The position numbers were made by a program, and so were the translations under genes. From an uncultured virus (IMG/VR IMGVR_UViG_3300004686_000002) (taxonomy: Duplodnaviria > Heunggongvirae > Uroviricota > Caudoviricetes), in the IMG/VR virus record IMGVR_UViG_3300004686_000002, positions 62,001 through 126,000 of that record: a stretch of 64,000 nt of DNA; one strand, 5' to 3'. The notes under the pieces are model-generated. The model was not told the origin of the DNA and searched no databases. It saw only the letters and a list, made by a program, of their open reading frames with translations. Positions 10,530 to 21,200 of the stretch are shown in pieces (within the stretch, counting starts at the first letter, position 1; every line of letters begins with the position of its first letter).

Positions 10530-13500
10530 TTATACTTTACCTGCCAAAGCTACAACAGCATTTGCTAATTTACTGTCATTTAATGCTTTTGTAAGATCTG
10601 CTAAATGTTTGGATGCTTCGTCTTGTGGTGAGCTTGCGCCTGAGTCATCCATATCTTTTCCACCCATGGCTTTTTCAGAAGCTTCTTCAAAGTTATTTTT
10701 AACTTCTTTTAACCCGCTAACTACACCTTTAAATTTTTCGGATTCGAGGTCTACCCCGTATTTTTTAGCTTCTTTCGAAGCTTTATTAAATAGCCCCTCA
10801 CTTTTTTCCATGTCTGTGAGGAGCTTCTTATTATCTCCACGATAATAATCTTTTATTGCGCTTATATCTTTTTGAATTTCTTGGTCTTTGTTTCCTTTTG
10901 CAGCACTGGCCAATAGTGTATCTACCCCACCTAAAATAGTTTTTCCTTCTTGTTTTTCAAAGTCTGCTCTAGCTATCGCTGCCTCTTGCCCTGTGATTGT
11001 GGCTGCGGTTATGCCGCCCGCAAGATGCCCCCCTTCTGCACCTTTCTTGGCCGTAGAATATGCCTTTTGACTAGATAATATACCTAGCTTATCCAGGGAT
11101 TCTAAAGCAGATAATTGTTTTCTTTCTGCCTCCCCGAGTTTATTTTTGTTTTTCCTCAGTGTCTCTAGTCTCCCCTTCGCGTCTCCTACATCTTTGTCCA
11201 TGAACCCGGCATCTTGAATATTCTTTAATGCCTCCTCGGTTAGTCCTGCTCCTGTAGCTGCGTTGAGTCCTTTAATCGTGTCCCTGTAGTTGTGGGAGAT
11301 ATCATCTGCTCCGGCGCTTACCACGGCCTGCTGAAGTCCTGGTTTTAATTTTTCACCCTTAGCTGTGTCCCCGAATATTCCCATTATTTGAGCTGCGGTA
11401 CCCTCGTCAAATTTACCGCCCTCTGCTAATTTTGAAATTGCTTGTGTTATTACTGGGGCATACCTGCTGGCGTATTTTTTATCCAAAGCTGTGTCCACAG
11501 CTACTTGATTTTCTCTAATTTTTTTTACGTTTTCAAAAACCTGTGGATTTGTGGCTTCGTATAAGCTAGACATGATTGTCCCGCCTACCAAGTCATCTCG
11601 CATTAGGGCAGTTGCTCCAGGCGCACCTTTGAGCTTACTACCCACAAAGTCAGAGAGACTACCCTGGGGATTCTGTTTAAGATATTCGTCATAACCACTA
11701 ACTAATTGCTTTTTAGTATAGTCTGCTAAAAAGTCAGATTTGTTTAAACTGGGGTTTTTCTTCTTCGCCTCTTCAAAAGCTTTTTCACCTCCCGCTCTAT
11801 CCACCTCAGAAACACCACTGTAGTAAGCGTTAAGTAGAAATTCCTTCTTTACGGCTTGTGTTGATAGATCTGTGGCTGTATTGAAAAACTTGCTATTTTT
11901 CTTGCCCTGCTCCATGTAATATTTGTCAGTCATATTACGCATGAGCTCGGCAGTACTCACATTCTCCATACCCTTCTGTTTCTTTATCTCTGAAATAAAT
12001 TCAGGTAATTGCTGCTGTGAAATTCCTCCCTCCTTGAACTTTTGCATAGCCGCTTGCACTGCGGCTAGCTTTTGAGGATCTCCTGCATAGGCCTGCTGCA
12101 GCGCAACAAGTCTCAGGTTTTGGTCTGAGCTACCTATTCTTTGTCTTTCTGATATTTGCTGCGCAACTATTCCTTGTGTTCCTCCCGCTTTTCTAATTTC
12201 GCTACTACTCATAGCACTAGATAATGCAGATGCTGTTTGGAATGCTTTTACGGTCATGTCTGTGGTAGCGGCGGAGCTTAAATATTTTAACCTCGGGTTA
12301 TTGTTAGCTAATTGTTTTGCCGCGTCTATAGTATCTAGCATTGCATTTATGCTAACCCCAGCAACCCTTGCGGTAGCTTTCATATCTCTCAAATATTTCT
12401 CTATATCTTGAGAGCCTGATTTAGAGGACATATCTACCGCGTCGGATCCCATCAAATTGCTTATTTTGCTGGTGAGTTCTGCTCCGGACTTATTGCCAAA
12501 CACGGATCTGGCCGCACTTAGCGTTCCCCCTGCATTTTGCATGAATTGATCAAACTTGCCTGTAAAAGTGCCCTTACTACCAAGCATACCTAACTCAGCT
12601 GACGTTTTATACGCAGAGGTAAAGTCTTCTATATTAAATCCTCTTGTGTTTTCAAAATTTATACCAGCATATCTACCTCCAGCTTTCTTATACTGCTGGT
12701 ATTGCTGAGCCATATACTCAGAGTATGTTTTGGCCTTCATCTTATTTTCAACTTCATTTAGATAGTCGATATCTATATGTTTATTCGCTGAATTAAAGCC
12801 AAGTATGCCTCCGCCGGTTGTTTTGATGTCGGATTCTTTTATACCACTAGATATAAGCTCCTGTTTTATTTTTTTCTCTATTTCTTTTTTATCTGCAGGA
12901 CTTGTTGCACTATCATACTCTGCTCTGAGGCTATTTATAGTATTTAACCTAATATCTTTAGCTTCTCTATTTTTTGTAATATTTTCCGCAACATCTGTTA
13001 ATTTTGTGCCCTTTATTTTGTTGTAGTCTAGGCCGGCTTCCTCAATAGCTGCTCTTTGCTTTTGAGCTCTTGTTAAATTTCTTACAACCTCAGGATTTAT
13101 TATACCGTTAGGATCCGTAGCTTTCTTCAATTCTTCTTCTGTGAGCTTTTTAGAATTTAAAAGAGTCTTCTTGAGGTGGTCGCTTATATTTTTAGATAAT
13201 TCTTTTTTATAGTCTGTGGTGTCTTTTTTTAGCTCATTAGCAACTAATGTGTCTACGTCGCTATCAAGGGCTTCTGCAGTTTCTCTTCTGCTCTTTCCTA
13301 TTTTTTTAGTTTTCTCGGCGGAGGCTTCGTCTTGAACTCCTATACCTGCCTGTCTAGCTAACTCAGGATCCGTTATGAGCCGGTCTGTAAACTCTTTATT
13401 TAGCTTGTTTCCTGTGGTAGTCAAATCTTCTTTTTTATAAAAGCTTTTCTCTAGAGTGCTCATCAATTTAGCTACCTCCCCAGAACTAACACCAGTCTGA

Positions 13501-13913
13501 CGACCAAAGGCACCCATTATATTAGCTCCCTGGAAGCCGGCGAAGGCTTCTTGAGACGCAGCCATAGGGTTTCCCCCGATAAGAGGAGATAAAAGGCGAG
13601 CCATGGGACTATCTGGACCTGCAAGAGTATGTCCAAGAGTATTCAATACTTCATTATTAGGATCTAAACCTGCTGCTTTAAAAAGCATATTTTGTGAAAA
13701 CTGCTGAGCCTGCAGTCCCATAAATCCCCTAGTTCGCTCTCTCTGCTGGTATACATCATAAATATCCTGATCACCTTCGGGTCTGGGGGCATAATTACCT
13801 CCAAAAGCACTGTAAGCTAATAGATTTAATACAGGATTTCCGTAGTTATTGCCTAACGGCCTATAACTACTATAATTTGGATATCCTTCAAAAGGTGTTA
13901 CATCTACAGGCAT
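10530..13913 (-). CDS. Tail tape measure protein
   Basis: 1127 aa, A/K/G/S-rich and helical; directly downstream of the frameshifted chaperone pair. Confidence 0.75.
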   Translation of the reverse strand: MPVDVTPFEGYPNYSSYRPLGNNYGNPVLNLLAYSAFGGNYAPRPEGDQDIYDVYQQRERTRGFMGLQAQQFSQNMLFKAAGLDPNNEVLNTLGHTLAGPDSPMARLLSPLIGGNPMAASQEAFAGFQGANIMGAFGRQTGVSSGEVAKLMSTLEKSFYKKEDLTTTGNKLNKEFTDRLITDPELARQAGIGVQDEASAEKTKKIGKSRRETAEALDSDVDTLVANELKKDTTDYKKELSKNISDHLKKTLLNSKKLTEEELKKATDPNGIINPEVVRNLTRAQKQRAAIEEAGLDYNKIKGTKLTDVAENITKNREAKDIRLNTINSLRAEYDSATSPADKKEIEKKIKQELISSGIKESDIKTTGGGILGFNSANKHIDIDYLNEVENKMKAKTYSEYMAQQYQQYKKAGGRYAGINFENTRGFNIEDFTSAYKTSAELGMLGSKGTFTGKFDQFMQNAGGTLSAARSVFGNKSGAELTSKISNLMGSDAVDMSSKSGSQDIEKYLRDMKATARVAGVSINAMLDTIDAAKQLANNNPRLKYLSSAATTDMTVKAFQTASALSSAMSSSEIRKAGGTQGIVAQQISERQRIGSSDQNLRLVALQQAYAGDPQKLAAVQAAMQKFKEGGISQQQLPEFISEIKKQKGMENVSTAELMRNMTDKYYMEQGKKNSKFFNTATDLSTQAVKKEFLLNAYYSGVSEVDRAGGEKAFEEAKKKNPSLNKSDFLADYTKKQLVSGYDEYLKQNPQGSLSDFVGSKLKGAPGATALMRDDLVGGTIMSSLYEATNPQVFENVKKIRENQVAVDTALDKKYASRYAPVITQAISKLAEGGKFDEGTAAQIMGIFGDTAKGEKLKPGLQQAVVSAGADDISHNYRDTIKGLNAATGAGLTEEALKNIQDAGFMDKDVGDAKGRLETLRKNKNKLGEAERKQLSALESLDKLGILSSQKAYSTAKKGAEGGHLAGGITAATITGQEAAIARADFEKQEGKTILGGVDTLLASAAKGNKDQEIQKDISAIKDYYRGDNKKLLTDMEKSEGLFNKASKEAKKYGVDLESEKFKGVVSGLKEVKNNFEEASEKAMGGKDMDDSGASSPQDEASKHLADLTKALNDSKLANAVVALAGKV

Positions 13914-13915
13914 TT

Positions 13916-14308
13916 TTATTTATCTGGAGAAGAGCCAGGCGGGGGTTGAGTTGAAATTTGCTTTTTAGCCGCCTCTAAAATACTACGCATTTCTACAAGT
14001 GTTTGCGGCGGCAGGGTTTTTTTCTCCTCAATTTTAAACTCCTTAGCCAGTTCTGGCAATTTCAATCCAATATACTTTGTGTGGGCTTCGTCTAGGCTCT
14101 TAAACAACTTTTCTGGCTTGCTGGACAATCCCGCAAAGATAGTGTAATCCTTTTGCAATCTCTCTTTAAAAAGGTCCAAATATACCTCTTCCTCTAAGTT
14201 GCGAAGAATTATTTCCTCCCTAAGTCTTGATAGGCGTTGCGGGTATTTAAAATCAAGCCAGCCACGTAAATAACCAGTAGTTAAAAACTTTACGCGCTGG
14301 CCGTCCAA
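13916..14308 (-). CDS. Tail assembly chaperone, -1 frame extension (gpT-like)
   Basis: TTG-initiated ORF beginning exactly at the -1 frame of the slippery heptamer in the upstream gene. Confidence 0.75.
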   Translation of the reverse strand: MDGQRVKFLTTGYLRGWLDFKYPQRLSRLREEIILRNLEEEVYLDLFKERLQKDYTIFAGLSSKPEKLFKSLDEAHTKYIGLKLPELAKEFKIEEKKTLPPQTLVEMRSILEAAKKQISTQPPPGSSPDK

Positions 14309-14832
14309 AAATTTTCAGTCTTTACCTCGTTTGTGAGCTTCACCACTTTTTCTTCAAAATCATTAAAGGCCGATAAAAAGGCAGAAAGTTTGAAAGTAGG
14401 CCATTTTTGCATATCATTGGCTCTTGCTCTGATATATGTAACACCCTTCTCGGTTTCTTTAAATGTATTTTTATCTATAGCTTTATACGGTTCACCATCT
14501 ATAGCTACTAAACATAAACCTAATCTATACGTAGAGATTGTGATAAAATAAGCGTCATTATTTTCGGCTATTTCATTCTCCTTATCTTTATTTATTTGGG
14601 CTATAACATCATTGTTTTCTTCAACGGTCATAGTCCTTAAAGTAATTGTCATTCTGTCGTCAAAAAGACTGATTTTTTCTTGAAATGGTTGATCCGATAG
14701 TACTGATTTAAAAAAAGCCTCTTTGTCTTCGTCTGATATAATCATGACTTTATTTTTCTGTGGGCTAGTAGGGTTTTCCAATATTGAGGAAGTTTCGACT
14801 TGTTGTGGTTGTTCGTTTTCTTGTGAGTTCAT
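14290..14832 (-). CDS. Tail assembly chaperone (gpG-like)
   Basis: 180 aa acidic protein ending ENFWTASA; lies before the tape measure gene. Confidence 0.7.
   Translation of the reverse strand: MNSQENEQPQQVETSSILENPTSPQKNKVMIISDEDKEAFFKSVLSDQPFQEKISLFDDRMTITLRTMTVEENNDVIAQINKDKENEIAENNDAYFITISTYRLGLCLVAIDGEPYKAIDKNTFKETEKGVTYIRARANDMQKWPTFKLSAFLSAFNDFEEKVVKLTNEVKTENFWTASA
14308..14314 (-). other. -1 programmed ribosomal frameshift site A-AAT-TTT
   Basis: GAA AAT TTT TGG; X-XXY-YYZ heptamer in the correct phase; the -1 frame continues TTG GAC GGC CAG (LDGQ...). Confidence 0.8.
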
Positions 14833-14835
14833 AGT

Positions 14836-17253
14836 TTATTGATAGGATTGTATTTTATATTCGTCGAGTGAAGATAATTTTAACGTAGCTGGGGTTTTTT
14901 TCGCTGTTGCTGAGCTATAACTATCTTTTTCTCCGGATTGGGACTTCTTTAGATTTTTAAATACTTCGGCGGAAAGATAAAAAGTATCATAATCATCTTT
15001 TCCAGGAAACGGTTTTGTATCATTTACATCTTTTTCTTTCCAGGGTGTCAAATTATATAGTTCCGTCAACTTTGCATCTTGTTGCGCCATCGTGGTAGGA
15101 ATAGCATCTATCTCTTTTTGAAGACCATAATAATCTTTTGAGTCTAAAAATCTAAATTTAAGATCAGTAAACTTTTTATTTTCTTGAAAGATGGAATATT
15201 TTATCGGTTCCTTTATTTGATCAAAGTCTTTATTAGTTTGTGTACTAACTGTTTTTAAATCTAATGCTCCCTTTAAAATATCCACAACGAAACTCTTCTT
15301 ATCATAAGTAACACCAATATATTCGTCCTTTTTACCAAAAACAGAACCACTATCTCCAGCAAACGCCGCGAGGCCTGCTGAAGATAGAAATAAGGCGGAG
15401 TCCTTACCGTCAGCCACAATGGTTTTCCCTTGCAGCATAATCTGACTATTTTTAGATTTTATAGAAATCAATTCGTCTCCCTGGATCAAGAAATCTTTTA
15501 CGGCCTGAAAAAGAATCCTATCTTTGGAGTAATTTAAAATTTCTGTTTCGGCATAATTATAAATACCTAACTTAGATTTAAGTACAATTCCTCCAATATC
15601 AGTGATTGCCTTTGTTGCCGGGTCTGGCGATCCAGTGGTAGGAGTTGAAGAATTAGATTCAACCACTATTCCGCTCTTATCGCTATAAAAATACTGTGAT
15701 TTTTCTGTTTTTAATCTAAAGCCTTTATCCGTAGAGGAAATATCTATATCCTCTTTTCCTGCTATACTTGTCCATCCTCCTACTTTTGCTATGAAATTAC
15801 GCAAGGGCTGTAAAACTAAATCTTTGGCTGGTTGAATATAAACATTTCCTCCCTCTAAAACAATGGCGCTATTCCAGGCATCTCTTATGGTTATTCCCCC
15901 ATTAGGCATTAAATATATGCCTGCAGTCCGTAATTTATATTCGTTTAAGTCTAATTCAGTAGATTCGTCTACATTAGTTATCTCTGATAAACTTTTCTCT
16001 TTAGCAATATCGTCATTAACATAAAAGTCTTTTTTGTGCTTTTTGAAATTTTGATAAGAGGTTTTTTCGTTAACATAAGCTAAGTAGTCTCTTATCTGTA
16101 AAAAATAAGACAAAGGATTTTCTTTGTATATATGAGAAGTATCCCAGTCAAAAGTTTCTTTTTTATCGTAATCTATGCCTGTGGCATCATCCCCTTTTTG
16201 GTCTTCGGGGGCGCTATATCTCAGGGGTACACGTATCCAATTTGTTTTTTCTATGAATACCTCTTTTAAGCTTCTTATATGTACTCCTCCGTCTGTACCT
16301 AGATGTAAATCAAATAATCCAGTATCTGGTTTTTGTGGTGTTTTTTCTGGGTCTAAACATCTAACTTCGTCATCGTCGGGTTTTACTAAAAATATATGTA
16401 AAAAGTCACCAAGTCTTCCTAAAAAGACCTTAAATCGCTCGATGGCCTTGATTCTTTCATTTTCTGTAATCTTGTAAAAATCTTCTTTATCGTCTGGAGT
16501 ATTCGAAGAAGTTTCTGAAAAAACCGGAGCTCCTGCTGCGTCGGATAAAACAGAAGGCCTGCCCAATGATTCTGCTGGTATATGGGTTGCTCCGAATTCT
16601 GCCATTAATGATTTTCCATCATGCCAAATATTATATTCTCCTAGGGCGGTATAATGCTGGAAATTGTGGCTAACTATTCTTACCAAGTCATCTAATAAGT
16701 GACATTGTACCTGAGCTAACTCTGATGCTTTTAATGTGGCTAGAGTTTGAAATAAACCCAACAAAACCCCAAATTCGTTAGAAATAACATACTCACCATC
16801 CACAACATCGGCAGGTCTTCTATTATTAGGAATAACGGGGTGTTTATCTTTGTGTCCTATTCTGTTGGCATCATCATTACTAGCGCAACCAACTCCTGCG
16901 GATACCCTACCAGGTATAAATCCAGAGCTTAAATTATTTTGTGGAATAACTCCAATAATATAGCAAGTATTAGATCCGCTGCCTGCACACAACACACGAC
17001 TGCCTGGTTGTGGTATACCGCAATCTTTAAAACCAAAGAAAGAAGCTAGGTGAGAAGATATGGCTATACCTTGAATTGTGTTTCCTCCATCAGAAAATGG
17101 GGTTATGTTATTTTCGCGCACAACAGACACCGTGTAAGTTGCTGCAGTGGATGTAACTACAACGGCAGTAAATAGCGACATCTCGCTTCCTTTAGTGTTG
17201 TGTACAGTATGTAGCTGGCGTTTAAAATCTGAAAAAAGAGTATTAAGATCCAT
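14836..17253 (-). CDS. Baseplate central spike, gp5/VgrG-like
   Basis: N-terminal OB-fold-like IPQPGSRVLC...YIIGVI; C-terminal half has short beta-strand repeats. Confidence 0.6.
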   Translation of the reverse strand: MDLNTLFSDFKRQLHTVHNTKGSEMSLFTAVVVTSTAATYTVSVVRENNITPFSDGGNTIQGIAISSHLASFFGFKDCGIPQPGSRVLCAGSGSNTCYIIGVIPQNNLSSGFIPGRVSAGVGCASNDDANRIGHKDKHPVIPNNRRPADVVDGEYVISNEFGVLLGLFQTLATLKASELAQVQCHLLDDLVRIVSHNFQHYTALGEYNIWHDGKSLMAEFGATHIPAESLGRPSVLSDAAGAPVFSETSSNTPDDKEDFYKITENERIKAIERFKVFLGRLGDFLHIFLVKPDDDEVRCLDPEKTPQKPDTGLFDLHLGTDGGVHIRSLKEVFIEKTNWIRVPLRYSAPEDQKGDDATGIDYDKKETFDWDTSHIYKENPLSYFLQIRDYLAYVNEKTSYQNFKKHKKDFYVNDDIAKEKSLSEITNVDESTELDLNEYKLRTAGIYLMPNGGITIRDAWNSAIVLEGGNVYIQPAKDLVLQPLRNFIAKVGGWTSIAGKEDIDISSTDKGFRLKTEKSQYFYSDKSGIVVESNSSTPTTGSPDPATKAITDIGGIVLKSKLGIYNYAETEILNYSKDRILFQAVKDFLIQGDELISIKSKNSQIMLQGKTIVADGKDSALFLSSAGLAAFAGDSGSVFGKKDEYIGVTYDKKSFVVDILKGALDLKTVSTQTNKDFDQIKEPIKYSIFQENKKFTDLKFRFLDSKDYYGLQKEIDAIPTTMAQQDAKLTELYNLTPWKEKDVNDTKPFPGKDDYDTFYLSAEVFKNLKKSQSGEKDSYSSATAKKTPATLKLSSLDEYKIQSYQ

Positions 17254-17296
17254 ATGTGATTAATTTAATATAGATTGCTTGTTCTATATTGCAAGA

Positions 17297-17340
17297 AATA
17301 AAAAGGCCTCACCAGAATTAACCAGTGAGGCCTTTTTATT
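17297..17340. terminator. Intrinsic terminator after the tail tube gene (possibly bidirectional)
   Basis: AATAAAAAGGCCTCAC-N12-GTGAGGCCTTTTTATT perfect inverted repeat. Confidence 0.85.
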
Positions 17341-17357
17341 ATGATTTATTATTTTTA

Positions 17358-17798
17358 TTAACCTTGAGAAAGCTCTAAGAACTCAATCGTGATATTATCT
17401 AATACTGTAAGTCCCTCTGCCTCAGCCGTGAGATTGTAGCTAGAAACAATTGCTCCCTTAGCTGTGAGGCTATAGCCACCAGCGGCGCAATTACTTCCCT
17501 TTCCTCCAGACATCGCGAAAGTTAAAGTACCCGGAGTACAGGCCGACCAACCCTCGCTACTGAATATATCTGAGGCTCCGTCTGCAATAAGTCTGGCGAT
17601 GGTTACTTGCCCCACTGGGTAAGTGGCGTAAATGATAGCGCTTTGATTTCCAATTGTTCTGCGGCGCTGAATCTGCTGCTGATACGTGATTTGTACTTGA
17701 GTAGCAGCGGCAACTACACCACCCCATGTAATTATACAATTATCTGCTGTTACTGGGGTTTTGATTGTTGTATCTTGACGTTGAAATAAATCGGCCAT
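17358..17798 (-). CDS. Tail tube protein
   Basis: 146 aa beta-rich protein downstream of the sheath, with GGGAG RBS and a terminator after it. Confidence 0.7.
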   Translation of the reverse strand: MADLFQRQDTTIKTPVTADNCIITWGGVVAAATQVQITYQQQIQRRRTIGNQSAIIYATYPVGQVTIARLIADGASDIFSSEGWSACTPGTLTFAMSGGKGSNCAAGGYSLTAKGAIVSSYNLTAEAEGLTVLDNITIEFLELSQG

Positions 17799-17825
17799 AG
17801 TAGTTTTCTCCCTTTATTGTTTATA

Positions 17826-18035
17826 TTATTTTAAATTAATTAATCCTAATTGTCTAGCTACATCGTTAAAATTTTTATCTTCTCCCTTAGTGTATCTGAT
17901 CCAAGCTTTGCCGTCTCCTATAATTCTATATATAACGTTAGGAGTTCCATCATCAGAATATATTAATAGCCCTGTAGCTTTATCTGTATCTAATAATAGA
18001 GGTTCTCTAAAATCGCCAGTAACTACAACTCTCAT
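17826..18035 (-). CDS. Hypothetical protein
   Basis: 69 aa, TAATG-coupled to the upstream ORF. Confidence 0.6.
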   Translation of the reverse strand: MRVVVTGDFREPLLLDTDKATGLLIYSDDGTPNVIYRIIGDGKAWIRYTKGEDKNFNDVARQLGLINLK

Positions 18036-18274
18036 TATATTCCTAGTAGTGATTTGGTTTTTTGTATTTGGTGTTGAATTTTCTCCTGCTCCATCAATTT
18101 AGCAATTTCTGCTATATGTGCTGGAGATTCTTCGTTTCCAGATATGTCTAATTTCTTAAATACTTCGGAGGTTCCAGGATAAGTATTTGCTCTTTTCCAA
18201 AGATGGTCTGCCTCTTCTTGAGACAGACCTATCTCTAGAGCTTGATCAAAAAATCCCTGTTTAACCAACTCCAT
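18035..18274 (-). CDS. Small putative virion protein with GF/KxA motifs
   Basis: LVKQGFFDQALEIGL, WKRA; TAATG-coupled to the sheath gene. Confidence 0.55.
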   Translation of the reverse strand: MELVKQGFFDQALEIGLSQEEADHLWKRANTYPGTSEVFKKLDISGNEESPAHIAEIAKLMEQEKIQHQIQKTKSLLGI

Positions 18275-21200
18275 TATACTACGAGTGTTAAGTTGATGTA
18301 ATTGAGTGGGTAAGGTACATGGAGCTGAAGCTTCACATCGATGCGGTCGAGATATGTAGGATCTTGCTGGATCTCAAGAATATCTGTGGCGGGTGTAAAG
18401 CTCACGAGCTGATTTCCTGCCCTGACCGTGTAGGTCTGAGTGGCGTAGAAGTTCATCTGATTGATGATTGCATCTCTGATGACCTGGATGTTTGCGGGAT
18501 TGATATTGTACGTACCGATATATGGAGAGAGCCTGGACTTAAGACCATAGCTGATGCTATCCACGTTAGTTGTGATAGAATCTTCAGAGGTGTTTAAGTT
18601 TGTGCTATCTGTGGTGAGCTGATGACGAACATAAGGAACAGCTCCAACAATTTCCTGGGTAACCAACCAGATGCCTCTTTCAGCCATCACATTAAGCTGA
18701 TCTTGAGTATATACGTTGACCACCTTGCTGAGATCGTCTGCACCGAGGATCTGCGTATTCGTTAACCCTTGGTGAGGTACAACACCCGAGCGTAATCCGG
18801 CTAAGGCTGCCGCGAGGAAATACCCATCATACTGCTGACCATTAAATCCATAAGTGTCAGGGAAAACAACACGAACTCTTCGATTCATGTAGCTGCCTCC
18901 GATATCCGCGAGGTTTTGAGCTCTCTCGTCGAGAGTGTAATTGCGGATAATCTCTATCAACACAGGAGCAACAAGAGGAGCCGGTAATTGTGTAGCAATC
19001 ACGAGAGTAGTCTGGCTCCTGACTTGGGCCACGGCGTATTCTTGATATGTTTGATTTCCTTGTGAATCCGTGGAGAAATTCATGCGGATAGAATCGCCGG
19101 GGCGAATTCCGTCGGTGATGAATGTAGCTCCAGATACCGTTAATAACGTATTTTGAGTATTTGCAGCTAATGGGTCCGCGGTAATGGTACCTACCCAAGC
19201 AGTAGGCGACGAAGGATTGGCCATGTTTGTGGCTTGATCCAGAATGGATCCGGGACCGTACAGTACAGCGGTGTGTTTGTCTTGAATGGACAACCAGGCT
19301 ACGCGCCAGAGACCCACCTGAGGGGTACTATAGGCGTTTACGTGGGAAACTACAGCTTCTTGTACAGCCTCATCAAAGGTAAGTGGTACGAATCCATAAA
19401 CCTTATCACTCTTCTGGGCCACTCCGATAGCGTAATTATACCCGGCTAAGTCATTAGATATAAGCCCGATATAGTAAACAGAAGCATCATTCGAGTTTAA
19501 CACTGCGTTATAAACACCCTGCGCGAGAGGATTGTCGGGGTGCACTGTACCTAAATACTTAGTAACGTCCGCCTCGTTATTTACAGAACCGATAGAAACA
19601 GAGTTCACTGTGGTGAGGTCTCTGTGTTCTACATAAATATTGGCCGAAGTGATTGTAAGCGGGAGAGGAACTCCGCCAAAAATGATACCAGGATCAGTTG
19701 TAACCACTCCACTGTTGATCTGAATCTCATTACCTCCCAAAGACTGCCAGTTGTGAGTACCGGTAGTTAAGTTTTTAATTGGAGGAATCTGAGTGGACGC
19801 TTGATTTAACGAGAGCGTTAAGTAGATATTTGGATTGCTGGCATTAAGAATTGCACTAGGTAAGTTGTCAGCAATTTGGATAACGTTAACAGCTCCGAGC
19901 GACGCGGCTTGTGCGGTGATGTAGTATATATCACCAGCAACTAAACCGGCAGCACCGGAAGTGGTACCAGCGGTAAACGTTGCAGCTACACCATAGTTAC
20001 CCACTGTGATGGCTGAGTTAAGCGGAACAAGTACGGCGGGGCTAGAGTCACCGTTGTCTGCTGTGATAGCCACCTGGGCGCAAGTATTTGCGTTACCGGC
20101 TCCCCCATTGAGTGAAGGATCGTAGAAGTTACCGCCGCGAATAACGGTGATTTTATACACGGTGTTATTTACACCCGTGTATGTTCCTGCGGTTGTATAG
20201 GCAGCATTCACAGTAGGAGCCTGGAAAGTTAATGACCAGCTCATGCCTACCGAGAAAGCGTTTGAAATCGAAGCGCTGTTTGGGAAAGTTAATGTGATTG
20301 TATTGCCCGCATCATCAGTATCGATCACTAATGTCCAGGTCTCTGTACCTCCGGAGCCGACGCCAGTGGCGGCAACACCAGAAACAGGCACAAAAGCTCC
20401 ATTGGAAGATACAACGTTAAATGTAGCGTTGGAAACATTAGTACCGCTGGCAACAGTCACCTTAATGGTGTCACCCATTATTCTGAGTGCCTTATGGCCG
20501 ACCCAGGTGGCTGAATATGTAGCAGCAACAGTAAAGTTGGGAGCCGATGGAGCTGTGGTTGCCCCTGCCCAGGCATAGGTTGCGCTAGATGGGTTGAGGA
20601 TATTATTGATACCGATATTAGACGGATCTTCGAAATTACCGTTGATATGGTACGTTATGCCAGAACCTGTGGTGATTCCTGGGATAGGCTCTCCAAAGAC
20701 GCGGTCAAGAACAACAGAGTGTACACTCTGGATGCCCACTATTCGGTAGGTAGTACCAGCAATAGCCGCTGTTTCACCGCTAGGAGCGGTAGCTGCGGTC
20801 ACAGTTAAAAACTGGCCAACATTCGCTTGAGTGAAAACAACGGTAGAGTCTGTGAATATGTTTGTAGCCGGATTAGCGACAGACCCTGAAGTGCTCGAAA
20901 AAACAGGAGAACCTACAGAGGCAGAAAGAGAGGAGTTCTCTCTATATGTGTCGCGAATAAGTCCAGTGATTTGGGAAGTTAAAGAATTTCCAGAGTCATC
21001 GATAATGCTGACAACGTCCCCAACCTGTACGTCACGGTTTGAAAAATATGTTGAGCGGGTATATCCATACTGGGACTGAAGAGCGGAAGAGCTGTAGTAT
21101 GAATTCTGTGGGTTCCACTTAAGTCTGTTTGGGTATTTATTGCTGGAGGGGGCAGTGACAAGGCCCACCTTTGTTTGATTGCTCTGAGGCGCTACATTAA

